Source of the DNA: Candidatus Moraniibacteriota bacterium
GTDB taxonomy: Bacteria > Patescibacteriota > Minisyncoccia > Moranbacterales > UBA1568
Direction of reading: 5' to 3'
Length of the DNA stretch: 64,000 nucleotides
Assembly (NCBI GenBank): GCA_052035095.1
Contig: JBPOHW010000001.1
Span: 108,857-172,856 of the forward strand
Under the pieces are notes generated by a model, which had not been told where the DNA came from, did not search any database, and saw only the letters and a program-made list of their open reading frames with translations. Shown here one piece after another: positions 1-9,379 of the stretch; within the stretch, counting starts at the first letter, position 1; every line of letters begins with the position of its first letter. A program made the translations under genes and the position numbers.

Positions 1-1121
1 CGATCGCGACCTACGCCGCTCTTTTTCCGGCGGTCTGGGTCAAACCCGAAATAATTCTCGAGGGCACATTCCTCTCCGCCGCCTTCAAAAGCACCTGGCC
101 GCTCTTTGCGGGCGCCATCACCCTCCTGGGACTCGACACCATTCTCTTCAAGGGGAAAATCTCGGGGACACTTCTTGGTATCCTCTCGCGATTTCGATCA
201 ATTCCCGCCGCACTTCTCGCCGGAACACTTCTCGCGCTCTCGGTATTTGTCTGCATCAATACCTGGCTCGGGATGAAGTGGTTTGATTTCGAAGCCTTTG
301 TGATGTCGCCCAAGAATTCGGAAGAAAGCGCGACGCTTATCAAATCAATCGGCACGATGCTCTCCGATATCTACAGTCTCATTTTCGGGCTCCACCCGAT
401 CGCTTTCCTTTTTCTCCTCTCGGCGCTCATTCTCATAATACTCCGAAAAATGAAACACTCGCGCGAAGAACTCGTCGTAGTATCATTCGCGCTCTTCATT
501 CTGCTCTACTATCTCGGCTCGACGGCAAACTACGTCGTCGCCACGGTCCGTTACCAAATCGCGCTCTATCCCCTCGCTTTCATCATCGCGGCAATTGGCG
601 CCGTTTCGATGTTTGAGAGCCTGAATATCCGAAAATATTCTTCATCATTCCAACGATCTGTCGCCACGCTCCTCCTTCTCTTGATACTCTCGGCCAGCCT
701 CTTCTTCGCGCGCCCGCATTACCTCACCTACGCCTCTTCCCTCCTTCCCGAAACCCATATCTTGAATTACAAAGATATGGGCGACGGAAGCTATGAAGCG
801 GCCGAATATTTGAACACTCTCCCCAACGCCGAAAGCCTCCGCATCTGGTCGGACAAAGGCGCCGTCTGTGCCGCCTTTGTCGGCGACTGCTCGGTGAGTT
901 TCAACAAGAAGCGTTTCGAGGCGAATATCCCCGACTACATCGTCCTCTCCACCGGACGCAAACGAAAAACCGTCAATATGTGGCTCTCCAGCAATGTCCC
1001 CATCCGCTTCCAAGACGCCTATGAAACGGTTCCGCCGGAATTCGCCGTCATTCTAAACGGCCGCCCCGATAACTTCGTCAAAGTCATCGACGTCAAAAAA
1101 GCCTGGCGAGAAGAAGAATAA
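1..1121 (+). CDS. Membrane glycosyltransferase, GT39/ArnT-like (PMT family), C-terminal part; 5' end lies outside the window
   Basis: Frame 3 is open from position 3 with no stop until 1121. There are multiple hydrophobic TM helices followed by a soluble C-terminal domain, typical of the GT-C fold. It lies in a glycan-biosynthesis neighbourhood. Confidence 0.5.
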   Translation, partial: IATYAALFPAVWVKPEIILEGTFLSAAFKSTWPLFAGAITLLGLDTILFKGKISGTLLGILSRFRSIPAALLAGTLLALSVFVCINTWLGMKWFDFEAFVMSPKNSEESATLIKSIGTMLSDIYSLIFGLHPIAFLFLLSALILIILRKMKHSREELVVVSFALFILLYYLGSTANYVVATVRYQIALYPLAFIIAAIGAVSMFESLNIRKYSSSFQRSVATLLLLLILSASLFFARPHYLTYASSLLPETHILNYKDMGDGSYEAAEYLNTLPNAESLRIWSDKGAVCAAFVGDCSVSFNKKRFEANIPDYIVLSTGRKRKTVNMWLSSNVPIRFQDAYETVPPEFAVILNGRPDNFVKVIDVKKAWREEE

Positions 1122-1148
1122 AAAATTTTCACAAAACACTACGGATAA

Positions 1149-1180
1149 ACAAACACCCGTCATAAATAACGGGTGTTTGT
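1149..1180. terminator. Hairpin terminator shared by the convergent genes 1..1121 and 1183..2157
   Basis: Perfect inverted repeat acaaacacccgt / acgggtgtttgt around an 8-nt loop, directly between two convergent stop codons. Confidence 0.5.
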
Positions 1181-1182
1181 TG

Positions 1183-2157
1183 TCACTTATCATTTGTCAT
1201 TGACTCATCCCCTTCCTCCCTCCCCAAGAGATCGCGGGAGCGGAGGTAGAAGGGGATGGCGGCAAAGCTCACGAGCATCTGGATGAGGCGGCTCGTCACG
1301 GCGACGGCGACCGCCGCTTCGACGGAGGCGCCGAGAAAGCCGAAGAACGTGGCATACGCCCACTCCTTGAGACCGATATTGTTGATACTCACGGGAATAT
1401 TCGAGACGATGGTGACCAAGAAAATGACCCCGAGGTACTGGACGATATGCACTTCACCCCCCAATGCCCAGAAGAGGACGAGATTGGCGAGTCCCACGCC
1501 GACGAAGTTAAAAACAAGGGAGAGTCCGAGCGATGGAATGACCGTCCGTCTCATCGGATAGTTCACGATTTCCCGAATGAGATACTGAAATTTTTCCGGA
1601 AGTTTCACGAAGAGCGCGCGCACGATTTGGAGTTTTCGAATGACGGGAAAGAGAATATCGATCGAAAGTAAGAGAAAAATCGCGATATCGAGAAAAAGCC
1701 ATACCGGATTCGCGAGCACGAGCGGTATATGAAAGAGCGAGAAGAGAAACGCAAACACCATCGCCGCCCAGAGCCCCGTGAAGCGATCAAAAAGCGTCGT
1801 TGAAATCGCCGGCGACAGCGCGCCGTCTCGCCGCCCGAGCCAGAGCGTCCGATACGTGTCGCCGCCGATTGTCGACGGGAGGAAATTATTGATAAACGTC
1901 CCCGTCAAATACGCGCGAAAAAAATCGCGATACGGACGAGTAAACCCCTTGGCGCTCGCGATGATCTGCCACTTTCTCGCAGAAATGACGATACCGAAAA
2001 GAAGGAGCCCCACATAGAGCGCGAGATACGGCACATCCACCTCGAGAATCCGCCTCGCCACCTCCCCCCAATTGATCCGCCACACGAGCCACGCCACAAA
2101 GCTCCCCGATACCAGGAGCTTAATGAAAAAAGAGAATCGCTTGCGGAAAGGTGACAT
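1183..2157 (-). CDS. UPF0104 / lysylphosphatidylglycerol-synthase-TM-domain family membrane protein (flippase-like)
   Basis: Polytopic membrane protein of 324 aa with the architecture typical of PF03706-like proteins. These are often encoded beside glycosyltransferases. Confidence 0.55.
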   Translation of the reverse strand: MSPFRKRFSFFIKLLVSGSFVAWLVWRINWGEVARRILEVDVPYLALYVGLLLFGIVISARKWQIIASAKGFTRPYRDFFRAYLTGTFINNFLPSTIGGDTYRTLWLGRRDGALSPAISTTLFDRFTGLWAAMVFAFLFSLFHIPLVLANPVWLFLDIAIFLLLSIDILFPVIRKLQIVRALFVKLPEKFQYLIREIVNYPMRRTVIPSLGLSLVFNFVGVGLANLVLFWALGGEVHIVQYLGVIFLVTIVSNIPVSINNIGLKEWAYATFFGFLGASVEAAVAVAVTSRLIQMLVSFAAIPFYLRSRDLLGREEGDESMTNDK

Positions 2158-2330
2158 AAAAAGATCGGCAAGAAAATTACAAATCCAAAATTACAAGTTC
2201 CAAATAAATTCCAAGTTCTAACTTCAAAACGATGAACACATTTTTTATTTGCTTTTTTGTAGTTTGGTGCTTACCTGCCTTGCCGGTAGGCAGGTTTGGA
2301 GCTTGTAATTTTGAATTTGGTGCTTTCAAA

Positions 2331-3506
2331 TCAAGCTCCCCTTCCAGTTGCCTCTTCATATTCCTTCCGGTATTCCTTCGCCACTTCATTCCAACCCAAG
2401 GCTTCCGCGCGACGGCGACTTTCTTTTCCATATGCCTCCGTCTCCTTGGGGTGCGACGCGAGAAAAGACAACTTCTCGGCAATGTGTTCCGCGTCGCGCA
2501 TACGGATAATGCAACCATTCATGCCGTCTTCCACCAATTCACGCGTCCCGCCGGTATCGGTCGTCACGATGGGGAGTCCCGAAGCGAGCGCCTCCAAGAC
2601 ATTGTTACTCATACCTTCATTCAAAGACGGAAGCACATAAACGTGTGCCCGATGATAGAGCGGCACGATCTCGCGATGCGGCACGCGCCCGATAAAGCGC
2701 ACCTGGTCGGAGAGGTTGTTGTCTCGGACAAACGCTTCAAGCGATTCGCGTTCATCGCCGTCACCGGCAATATCAAGGAGAAACTCACGCTTTTCTTGTG
2801 TTTTCAAAACCCTCATCGCTTCGAGAAGCGACCCCAGACCCTTGCGTGGTGTGAGGCGCGCGATCGCGAGTACGCGAAACGGTTTTGAGGGGTCGCCCGA
2901 ATAGTCTCGCGGCACCGGGAAAAATTCTTTGGTATCAACTCCGTTTCGGATGATAGCGATATCGCGCGACGAGTCGGTAAGGAGCGCGAGCGTCCGAAGT
3001 CCCTCGCTGTTGGCAATCACTCTTCTCGCGCCTCGCCAGATGAAGCGCGTAAGCGGTCGCAGAAGAATATACAAGTTTTTGAACCGTTCGCTATATCCCG
3101 GCACATCCGATCCGCGCAGTGAGACGATATATGGAATATGGAATTCCATCGAGAGAAGCCGCGCCACAAACCCCGACGGCACCGAGAAAAACGCGTGAAG
3201 GCAATCGAACTTTTCTTGTTTCAACAGTTGTCGTGAAAACATCCACGACTTCCACGCGTATGCCAAAAGATTGGCTTTCGATTGAAAGTGGAGATCCTTC
3301 CCGCCGCTCCTCTTCCCGATCGGCAATCGCTCAATCCGAATCCGAGGCGCCGGATACTCGATCCGATGTTCATCATCCACCGACGACGTCACGAGCACCA
3401 CTTCCATATCCGAAAACGCCGCAAACTCCCGCAACATATATTCCGTCGCGTTCCCCGCCCCGCCACCCAAGGGCGGATACTCATAATTGTGAAGGAGAAT
3501 TTTCAT
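2331..3506 (-). CDS. Glycosyltransferase family 4 (GT-B, Glyco_trans_1)
   Basis: N-terminal segment MKILLHNYEYPPLGGGAGNA and the C-terminal EGMSNNVLEALASGLPIVTTDTGG motif (the E-x7-E region of GT4). Confidence 0.8.
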   Translation of the reverse strand: MKILLHNYEYPPLGGGAGNATEYMLREFAAFSDMEVVLVTSSVDDEHRIEYPAPRIRIERLPIGKRSGGKDLHFQSKANLLAYAWKSWMFSRQLLKQEKFDCLHAFFSVPSGFVARLLSMEFHIPYIVSLRGSDVPGYSERFKNLYILLRPLTRFIWRGARRVIANSEGLRTLALLTDSSRDIAIIRNGVDTKEFFPVPRDYSGDPSKPFRVLAIARLTPRKGLGSLLEAMRVLKTQEKREFLLDIAGDGDERESLEAFVRDNNLSDQVRFIGRVPHREIVPLYHRAHVYVLPSLNEGMSNNVLEALASGLPIVTTDTGGTRELVEDGMNGCIIRMRDAEHIAEKLSFLASHPKETEAYGKESRRRAEALGWNEVAKEYRKEYEEATGRGA

Positions 3507-3643
3507 AAATTGAGGAAAGTGAACACATTCGTTAACTTTCCCGTATCATTTTATTTTAACTTTATTTTCGTAACAAAAAACGCTCGAAAATTCAGAAAAG
3601 TATTACTAAACTAAGGTGACACTTTCGTTTCGTAAAAACCCGT

Positions 3644-4147
3644 CTATATTTTCCGGCTGTCATACGCCCAGTGCAGGACGGCTTGGCGCTGTTTTCTGCG
3701 GCAGTGTTCGTCGCTCGGGCGACAGTTATTTCGGATCTGCGCGATGTGCCTCCGCATCGCCTTCCAGCGTCGTATTTGTCGCTCATCATCCTCGTGTCTC
3801 CTCCCGACAAAGTACCGACAATACCACTGAAACCAGCCTCTCGGATCATCCGGATGAATCCATCCCCTTTCTCGCCAGACGGAGAGCGGCTGACTCGCGT
3901 TCACGCCGAAGAAATTCAGTTTCGGATCATGTCGTTCATGGCAGAGTTTGGCGTTTCGAAACCAGTCCTTCGGGAATTCCTCCCGGCAGTCCGTCATATA
4001 CTTTCCACCGAAAACACCGAGCGCGAGCATTTCCTTGGGGGTCAATTCCGGCCGGAAATCGGGAGCAAAGTTTTTCCCCATCGGTTCGGAAATTTCATAA
4101 GAATACCCCCTCTGCATAGTGTCATTCACGAACACTCTCTTGTTCAT
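3644..4147 (-). CDS. Hypothetical protein, Trp/Cys/His/Arg-rich, conserved-looking but of unknown function
   Basis: 167-aa ORF lying between a glycosyltransferase and ugd in the same orientation. It contains motifs such as GWFQWYCRYFVGRR. I could not assign it to a family. Confidence 0.45.
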   Translation of the reverse strand: MNKRVFVNDTMQRGYSYEISEPMGKNFAPDFRPELTPKEMLALGVFGGKYMTDCREEFPKDWFRNAKLCHERHDPKLNFFGVNASQPLSVWRERGWIHPDDPRGWFQWYCRYFVGRRHEDDERQIRRWKAMRRHIAQIRNNCRPSDEHCRRKQRQAVLHWAYDSRKI

Positions 4148-4212
4148 AGTTTTGCAATGTGCGTTTTTCCATCTTCTATTCTACATTTTGCATTTTACAT
4201 TTTGCATCTCCC

Positions 4213-5523
4213 CTATACGCCCACTCCATAATAGGTGAATCCCGCCGCTTCGGCTTCGGCTCGTTCGAAGATATTGCGACCGTCGACGATGACCGTACCG
4301 CGCATACGCTTTTGCAAATCCGCAAAGTCCGCCGTGCGGAATTCGTCCCACTCGGTCGCGACAACGAGAGCATCCGCGCCATCCGTTGCCGCGTATTGGT
4401 CGCGCGCGAATTTAAGACGCGGATGACTCTTGAGGGAAAGTTTTGCGTTTTCGGTCGCGACCGGATCGAAGGCAACGACCGACGCGCCCGCTTTGAGGAG
4501 CGTTTCAATAATGAGGAGCGCCGGCGCCTCGCGCACATCGTCTGTGCGCGGCTTGAAAGAGAGTCCCCAGATGGCGATTTTCTTTCCCTTCAGAGCTTTC
4601 AATGATTTCTTCAGAAATCCAATAGGAAGAAGCTTCTGCTTTTCATTTGCCGCGCGCACGGCTTCGAGGATCGTAAAGTCATAGCCGTGCTCTTTTCCCG
4701 TATGAAGGAGCGCCTTCACGTCCTTCGGGAAGCACGACCCGCCGAAGCCGATGCCCGCCGAAAGAAAGCGCGACCCGATCCGCGTGTCAAAGCCCATCCC
4801 ACGCGCGACTTCCTTGGCATTGCCGCCCACGATCACGCAGAAGTTCGCGATTTCATTGATGAATGAAATCTTGGTCGCGAGAAACGCGTTCGACGCGTAC
4901 TTGATGATTTCCGCGCTCTTCACATCCGTCTGGATGATAGGGCGCCCGGCGCGCGCGACGGGACGATAGATCCGCTCCATCACGCTCCATGCCCGCTCCG
5001 AATCCGTCCCTACGATCACGCGGTCGGGATTCAAGAAATCCTTGACCGCCGTTCCTTCGCGCAAAAATTCCGGATTGGATACGACATCGAATTCCTGCGT
5101 GCCATCGCTCGCTGTGGCAACGATCTCTCGCACCCGTTCCGCCGTCCCGACCGGCACGGTCGATTTGTTGACAAGTACCTTGTAGCCGTTCAGGTTCTTG
5201 CCGAATTCTTCCGCGACCGCGAAAACATACTGCAAATCCGCTTCACCCGTTTTTGGGTCGGGCGGCGTCCCGACGCCGTTAAAAACCGCATCCGACTCGC
5301 GAATCGCCTTCCCGATATCGGTGGTAAACGAAAGTCGTCCCTGCCGCACATTTTCTTTCACCAATTCTTCCAACCCGAACTCGTAAATCGGAATCCCGCC
5401 GCGCTTCAGCTTCGCAATTTTCTTGGCATCCGTGTCCGCGCACACCACCGTATGCCCGATCTCCGCCATACACGCCCCCGACACCAATCCCACATACCCC
5501 GCCCCCGCAAATGTCAGCTTCAT
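4213..5523 (-). CDS. ugd: UDP-glucose 6-dehydrogenase (nucleotide-sugar dehydrogenase)
   Basis: N-terminal Rossmann motif GAGYVGL and catalytic-cysteine region GFGGSCFPKD. The 436-aa length fits UDPGDH. Confidence 0.9.
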   Translation of the reverse strand: MKLTFAGAGYVGLVSGACMAEIGHTVVCADTDAKKIAKLKRGGIPIYEFGLEELVKENVRQGRLSFTTDIGKAIRESDAVFNGVGTPPDPKTGEADLQYVFAVAEEFGKNLNGYKVLVNKSTVPVGTAERVREIVATASDGTQEFDVVSNPEFLREGTAVKDFLNPDRVIVGTDSERAWSVMERIYRPVARAGRPIIQTDVKSAEIIKYASNAFLATKISFINEIANFCVIVGGNAKEVARGMGFDTRIGSRFLSAGIGFGGSCFPKDVKALLHTGKEHGYDFTILEAVRAANEKQKLLPIGFLKKSLKALKGKKIAIWGLSFKPRTDDVREAPALLIIETLLKAGASVVAFDPVATENAKLSLKSHPRLKFARDQYAATDGADALVVATEWDEFRTADFADLQKRMRGTVIVDGRNIFERAEAEAAGFTYYGVGV

Positions 5524-5549
5524 AGAACACCCGTTAATGTATTATCTTT

Positions 5550-5671
5550 AGGACTTCTTCACTTTGATGCAGTTCGAGGAAAAACCGAGTACCGAAATGA
5601 GGTGTATATCATAATACTCCGAATGAGGAACGGAGGTTTTGACGAAGAAATGCGCAAAGTGAGGAAGTCCT
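5550..5671. repeat. Intercistronic hairpin-closed element, family A/C copy A1 (17-bp closing stem aggacttcttcactttg / caaagtgaggaagtcct)
   Basis: About 85 percent identical to 61557..61677. It shares the 5' box tgcagttcgag and the 3' box acgaagaaatgYgc with the copies at 52200..52314 and 60133..60254. It starts 3 nt past the stop of the ORF at 5674 and ends 27 nt before the ugd start. Confidence 0.7.
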
Positions 5672-5673
5672 AT

Positions 5674-6003
5674 TCAAATTCCCATTTTCCGCCTTGCCAG
5701 GCGATACTGATCATCACTCATCATACCGCTCTTTCGCGCCTGCTCGAGTTGCGCGAGAATCTCATCCTTGTGCTTCGCGATATTCTTGGGCGTCATCGCC
5801 TTTTTCAAAACCTTTTCGCGCTCGGCGGGCGACATTTTCATGAGCTGTTTCATCGCAAACTTCTGGAACATCCCCATATCTTTTGGGTCGGGCGCCCCCG
5901 GCATATCGGCGAGTTTCTCCTCAAAGCTTCGATCGTCTTTCTTCTCGACAACCGTCGGCTTCTTCTTGTCATCTTTCGGTTTTTTGGCAAATGGATTCCA
6001 CAT
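5674..6003 (-). CDS. Hypothetical small lysine-rich protein
   Basis: 109-aa ORF in operon orientation between secF and ugd. No recognisable domain. Confidence 0.4.
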   Translation of the reverse strand: MWNPFAKKPKDDKKKPTVVEKKDDRSFEEKLADMPGAPDPKDMGMFQKFAMKQLMKMSPAEREKVLKKAMTPKNIAKHKDEILAQLEQARKSGMMSDDQYRLARRKMGI

Positions 6004-6028
6004 AGAAATTGAATAGATTTTATCAATT

Positions 6029-6160
6029 CGTCATTCCCGTCCCGCCGAGGCGGGAGGAAATCAGTCACCACGAACTGAAAATTTCATCTTTACAAACACA
6101 CTTTGTACTCGCTATTTTTAAGCTAGAGGAGTCTGGATTCCCGCCTTCGCGGGAATGACG
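6029..6160. repeat. Intercistronic hairpin-closed element, singleton, with two internal GC hairpins (cccgcc-gag-gcggg and attcccgc-cttc-gcgggaat)
   Basis: Perfect 11-bp long-range inverted repeat cgtcattcccg (6029) / cgggaatgacg (6150) enclosing about 110 nt. It ends 7 nt from the secF stop codon and 26 nt before the next start. Confidence 0.5.
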
Positions 6161-6167
6161 GTGGGGA

Positions 6168-7286
6168 TTACCTCCTCTTCCCCTTCTTCTTTTTCTTCTT
6201 GTGTACTTTTTTGGTTGAAGAAGAGAGTCGTGGAGGTTCGGAAATGACCGGCGCGGAGCCGAGGGTAGATTCGCCGATACCGAGAGAACGCATATTTTCC
6301 TCCGAAACCGGTTCACTCCTTTTTTCTTGTCTTTCTCGCTTTTCTTTTTTTCCCTTTCCGAGAGAAGTTTCCATTTTCCGAAGTGCGCGGTTTTTCTGAA
6401 AGATATTGCCGGTCACAAGGAGCGCGGTCGCGATATAGATGGATGAATAGGTTCCCGCCGAAACGCCAATCAAAAGCGCGACCGCGAATGATCGGATGGA
6501 CTCGCCGCCAAAAATACTGATCGCGATAAGGACAATAATCACGGTAAACGACGTATTGAACGATCGCGCAATCGTTTGATTGAGCGAGCGGTTCACGACG
6601 CCTTCGAAGTCCTCCTTGCCGCCGGAACGGATGAGATTTTCGCGGATTCGGTCATAGACGACGATGGTATCATTAACCGAATAACCGAGAATGGTGAGGA
6701 GCGCGGCGATAAACGGCGCGCCGACCTCGATACCGTAAAACTTCCCGAGAAACGAAAAGACGCCAAGCGTAATCACGATATCATGCGCGAGAGCGACGGT
6801 CGCCTGAACCCCATAGTGCCACGACGATACCGGGCGCGACACGCCGCGAAACGCCCACGCGATATAGAGAATGATGCCGATCACCGCGAGGATGAGCGCG
6901 ATGATGGCGTTTTTCTTGATACTCTCCGACACCGACGCCCCGATAAATTCGGAACGGATGAGCTCAATGTTCTCATCGGTCTTTTTGAGTTCAGCGAAAA
7001 CTGCCTCATTCACCGTTTCATCGGACGACGCGTAGCGAATAAGCGTGTTCCGATCTCCCGACGTCTGAACCACGAGACTCTCGACGCGCGGAACCTTGAC
7101 CAGCATTTCTTCTATCGCGGATTTTTCCGGAATCTTTCCCTCGCTCCACGACACCTCGAGGAGTGTCCCGCCGCGAAAATCAATGCCGAGTTTGAGTCCC
7201 CACATCGAAAGCATCGCGATACTCGCGATCGTGATCGCTATCGAAAAAGCGTAGAAATATTTTCGTTGTTGAATCAGTTGTCTCAT
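6168..7286 (-). CDS. secF: Protein translocase subunit SecF, with a lysine-rich C-terminal tail
   Basis: SecF TM architecture. The start MRQLIQQRKY overlaps the secD stop by 4 nt (ATGA); the longer upstream ORF extension is rejected. About 70 C-terminal residues are K/E-rich, ending KKKKKKGKRR. Confidence 0.85.
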   Translation of the reverse strand: MRQLIQQRKYFYAFSIAITIASIAMLSMWGLKLGIDFRGGTLLEVSWSEGKIPEKSAIEEMLVKVPRVESLVVQTSGDRNTLIRYASSDETVNEAVFAELKKTDENIELIRSEFIGASVSESIKKNAIIALILAVIGIILYIAWAFRGVSRPVSSWHYGVQATVALAHDIVITLGVFSFLGKFYGIEVGAPFIAALLTILGYSVNDTIVVYDRIRENLIRSGGKEDFEGVVNRSLNQTIARSFNTSFTVIIVLIAISIFGGESIRSFAVALLIGVSAGTYSSIYIATALLVTGNIFQKNRALRKMETSLGKGKKEKRERQEKRSEPVSEENMRSLGIGESTLGSAPVISEPPRLSSSTKKVHKKKKKKGKRR

Positions 7287-8992
7287 AATGAAGGAGTGGA
7301 AATATCCGGACGTTTGCGTTTGGGAACAAGCAGGAAAAGACGCTTTTCCGCCCACGCCCCGAGCATGGAAGAAAGCATCGTCCTCGTCAGTACAATGGCC
7401 GTGAACATTGAGAAGAGGACGCCCAAAAGGAGCACAAACGCGAAGCCCTTCACGAATCCGGTGCCGAGCCACATCAAAATAACGCAAGTGATGAGCGTCG
7501 AATAATTTCCGTCGCGAATCGACGGCCACGCGCGCCGGAATCCTTCATCAACCGCCTTCGCGAGATTCTTGCCGCTCTTCATCTCTTCCCATGTCCGTTC
7601 AAAAATGAGAATGTTGGCATCAACCGCCATACCGATCGAGAGAATAAATCCCGCGATACCGGCCAAAGACAAGGTGATCGGAAACGGCGTGAGACTCGAA
7701 AGCTTGAAAATCGCAAAGAGAAGTCCGGTATAGAGGAGGAGAGAAAAGGACGCGACGAGTCCGAAAAATCGATAGTAGAGAATCATAAACGCTATCACCA
7801 CGCCGACACCAATCATCCCCGCGAACAAACTCTGCTTGAGCGATACCTCGCCGAGAGACGCCGAAACCGTCTGCTGACCGATGAGCGTGATCGGCGCCGG
7901 AAGCGCACCCTCGTTGAGCCGCGCGACGAGCGCTTTCGCCTCCTTGAGGGAATAGTCGCCGGTAATGACCGCCTGGCCGTTCGGGATCTCAGCCTGCACC
8001 GTGGGCGCACTGATAATCTCGCCGTCCAAAAGTATCGCGATTTGTTTGCCGATGTTTTTCTTGGTAAGTTCGCCGAACAATTTCGCGCCCTCGGCATCAA
8101 AGCGGAGCGACACCTGTGGGAGTCCCATTCCCTGACCTCCACCGTAGTCCACAAACGCGTCTTTCAAATTCTTGCCGGAGAGTCCGGTTGCCTTGAAACG
8201 CGCGGCCTCGGGAAGCATCTCGAGCGATTGTTTAGGGAAAAGGATGTGCGACGTGCGCACTTCTTTTGCATCTCCTTCACCTCGCTCATCCGTCTTTTTG
8301 ACGACGTGCCATCCGAACGGCGATTCGACGAGATCGGGCCAGACGGTATCTTTTTTGAACTCGTCTTTGAAAATAATTTCATCGAATTCCTTGACGAATT
8401 TCCCCTTCGTCGCGAAATCCAAATCGCCGCCCTTCTCAGTGCTTCCGGGATCTTTACTCTCTTTCTTGGCAAGCTCGGCAAAATCTTCGTTCTTCTTGGC
8501 GCGCTCCAAAACTTCGACCGCTTTCGCTTTCGACGCCTCATTTATCGTGTCGAGTTGTTTCTGTACCGCCTCGGTATTGTCTTCTTGAAACTCAAGATAG
8601 GGCGTTTCTTTGAGTATTTTCTTCGCCTCGTCCACATCTTTGACGCCCGGCAATTCTACAATAATTCTATCTTCGTTCCCGGAACGCGAGAGCTGAACCA
8701 AGGGCTCGCCGACGCCAAAGGCATTCACGCGCCGCTCAATCACCGCGAGCGCCGACTGAAGCGCGGCGCTCCGCTTCTCCTCCGGAATTTGCGACGTATC
8801 AACCTTGTACTCAAGGTGAATCCCGCCCTGCAAATCAAGCCCGAGATTGACACGCAAGCTCGAAACAGCGCTCCCGAGCCACGGCACACTCGAAACCGCC
8901 CGCGGATACGCCATCACGCCCGCGACTACCGCCAAAAGAATAACTCCGAGCAATCGGAGCTCCCGCCATCGTTTCATATTCATATGCCGCAA
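7283..8992 (-). CDS. secD: Protein translocase subunit SecD, with a parvulin-like (PpiC-type PPIase) segment inserted in the periplasmic P1 domain
   Basis: SecD TM bundle plus P1 head. The inserted segment DFAELAKKESKDPGSTEKGGDLDFATKGKFVKEFDEIIF ... SPFGWHVVKK matches the PpiC rotamase core motifs. Confidence 0.85.
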   Translation of the reverse strand: MRHMNMKRWRELRLLGVILLAVVAGVMAYPRAVSSVPWLGSAVSSLRVNLGLDLQGGIHLEYKVDTSQIPEEKRSAALQSALAVIERRVNAFGVGEPLVQLSRSGNEDRIIVELPGVKDVDEAKKILKETPYLEFQEDNTEAVQKQLDTINEASKAKAVEVLERAKKNEDFAELAKKESKDPGSTEKGGDLDFATKGKFVKEFDEIIFKDEFKKDTVWPDLVESPFGWHVVKKTDERGEGDAKEVRTSHILFPKQSLEMLPEAARFKATGLSGKNLKDAFVDYGGGQGMGLPQVSLRFDAEGAKLFGELTKKNIGKQIAILLDGEIISAPTVQAEIPNGQAVITGDYSLKEAKALVARLNEGALPAPITLIGQQTVSASLGEVSLKQSLFAGMIGVGVVIAFMILYYRFFGLVASFSLLLYTGLLFAIFKLSSLTPFPITLSLAGIAGFILSIGMAVDANILIFERTWEEMKSGKNLAKAVDEGFRRAWPSIRDGNYSTLITCVILMWLGTGFVKGFAFVLLLGVLFSMFTAIVLTRTMLSSMLGAWAEKRLFLLVPKRKRPDISTPSL

Positions 8993-9097
8993 GTATAAAG
9001 ACTTTTTTCCGACCCCGCAACTCTTGACGCTCTACGGAGAATATGAAAAGGACGGGCTGCATTACGCAATCCGCCCTACAAAAAACACACTACTCAC

Positions 9098-9379
9098 TCA
9101 TGGCGCAAGTCGCCATTGTTTCAGCATCTCCTTATTTCCCGCTTTGAGCGATTCCAACTTCTCTCGCTCCATTGTTTCATATCTCGCCGTTCCTTCGGAC
9201 AGCGAGATCGAGGTCAGAGCGTTTTTCACCATTCCCCTTTCGGGAAACAGAATAGCGAGAACGACGAGTAGGAGCAGAACTCCGATCACGCCAAACGGAA
9301 GCGCCATACCCCCAAGAATATCGCGCTTCGAAAGGCGATATGACCCGCCAGAAAACAGACGTTTCTTTTGACCACTCAT
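9098..9379 (-). CDS. Hypothetical small single-pass membrane protein
   Basis: 93-aa ORF with one strong TM helix, immediately upstream of secD in the same orientation. It does not match the YajC consensus. Confidence 0.35.
   Translation of the reverse strand: MSGQKKRLFSGGSYRLSKRDILGGMALPFGVIGVLLLLVVLAILFPERGMVKNALTSISLSEGTARYETMEREKLESLKAGNKEMLKQWRLAP

Noticed and set aside
2269-2292. Hairpin cctgccttgccggtaggcagg between the GT4 gene and the UPF0104 gene, as a terminator
   Set aside because: It is not followed by a U-run on the minus (transcribed) strand. It resembles the inserted palindrome in element B2, so it may belong to the same small palindromic repeat class rather than being a terminator.
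6168-7529. Long in-frame N-terminal extensions of secF (to 7529), the M23 peptidase (to 32227), uppS (to 23184), the NUDIX gene (to 10761), GT4 (to 47408), GT4 (to 54489), rpsD, rpsK, infA (to 53038) and the LamG protein (to 20818)
   Set aside because: The extensions overlap upstream genes or intergenic repeat elements, they lack homology, and the conserved protein start and RBS lie further downstream. Starts were moved to the first methionine consistent with family alignments.
9098-9379. Calling the small membrane protein upstream of secD yajC
   Set aside because: Its position fits yajC, but the sequence lacks the conserved YajC core, so it is kept as hypothetical.
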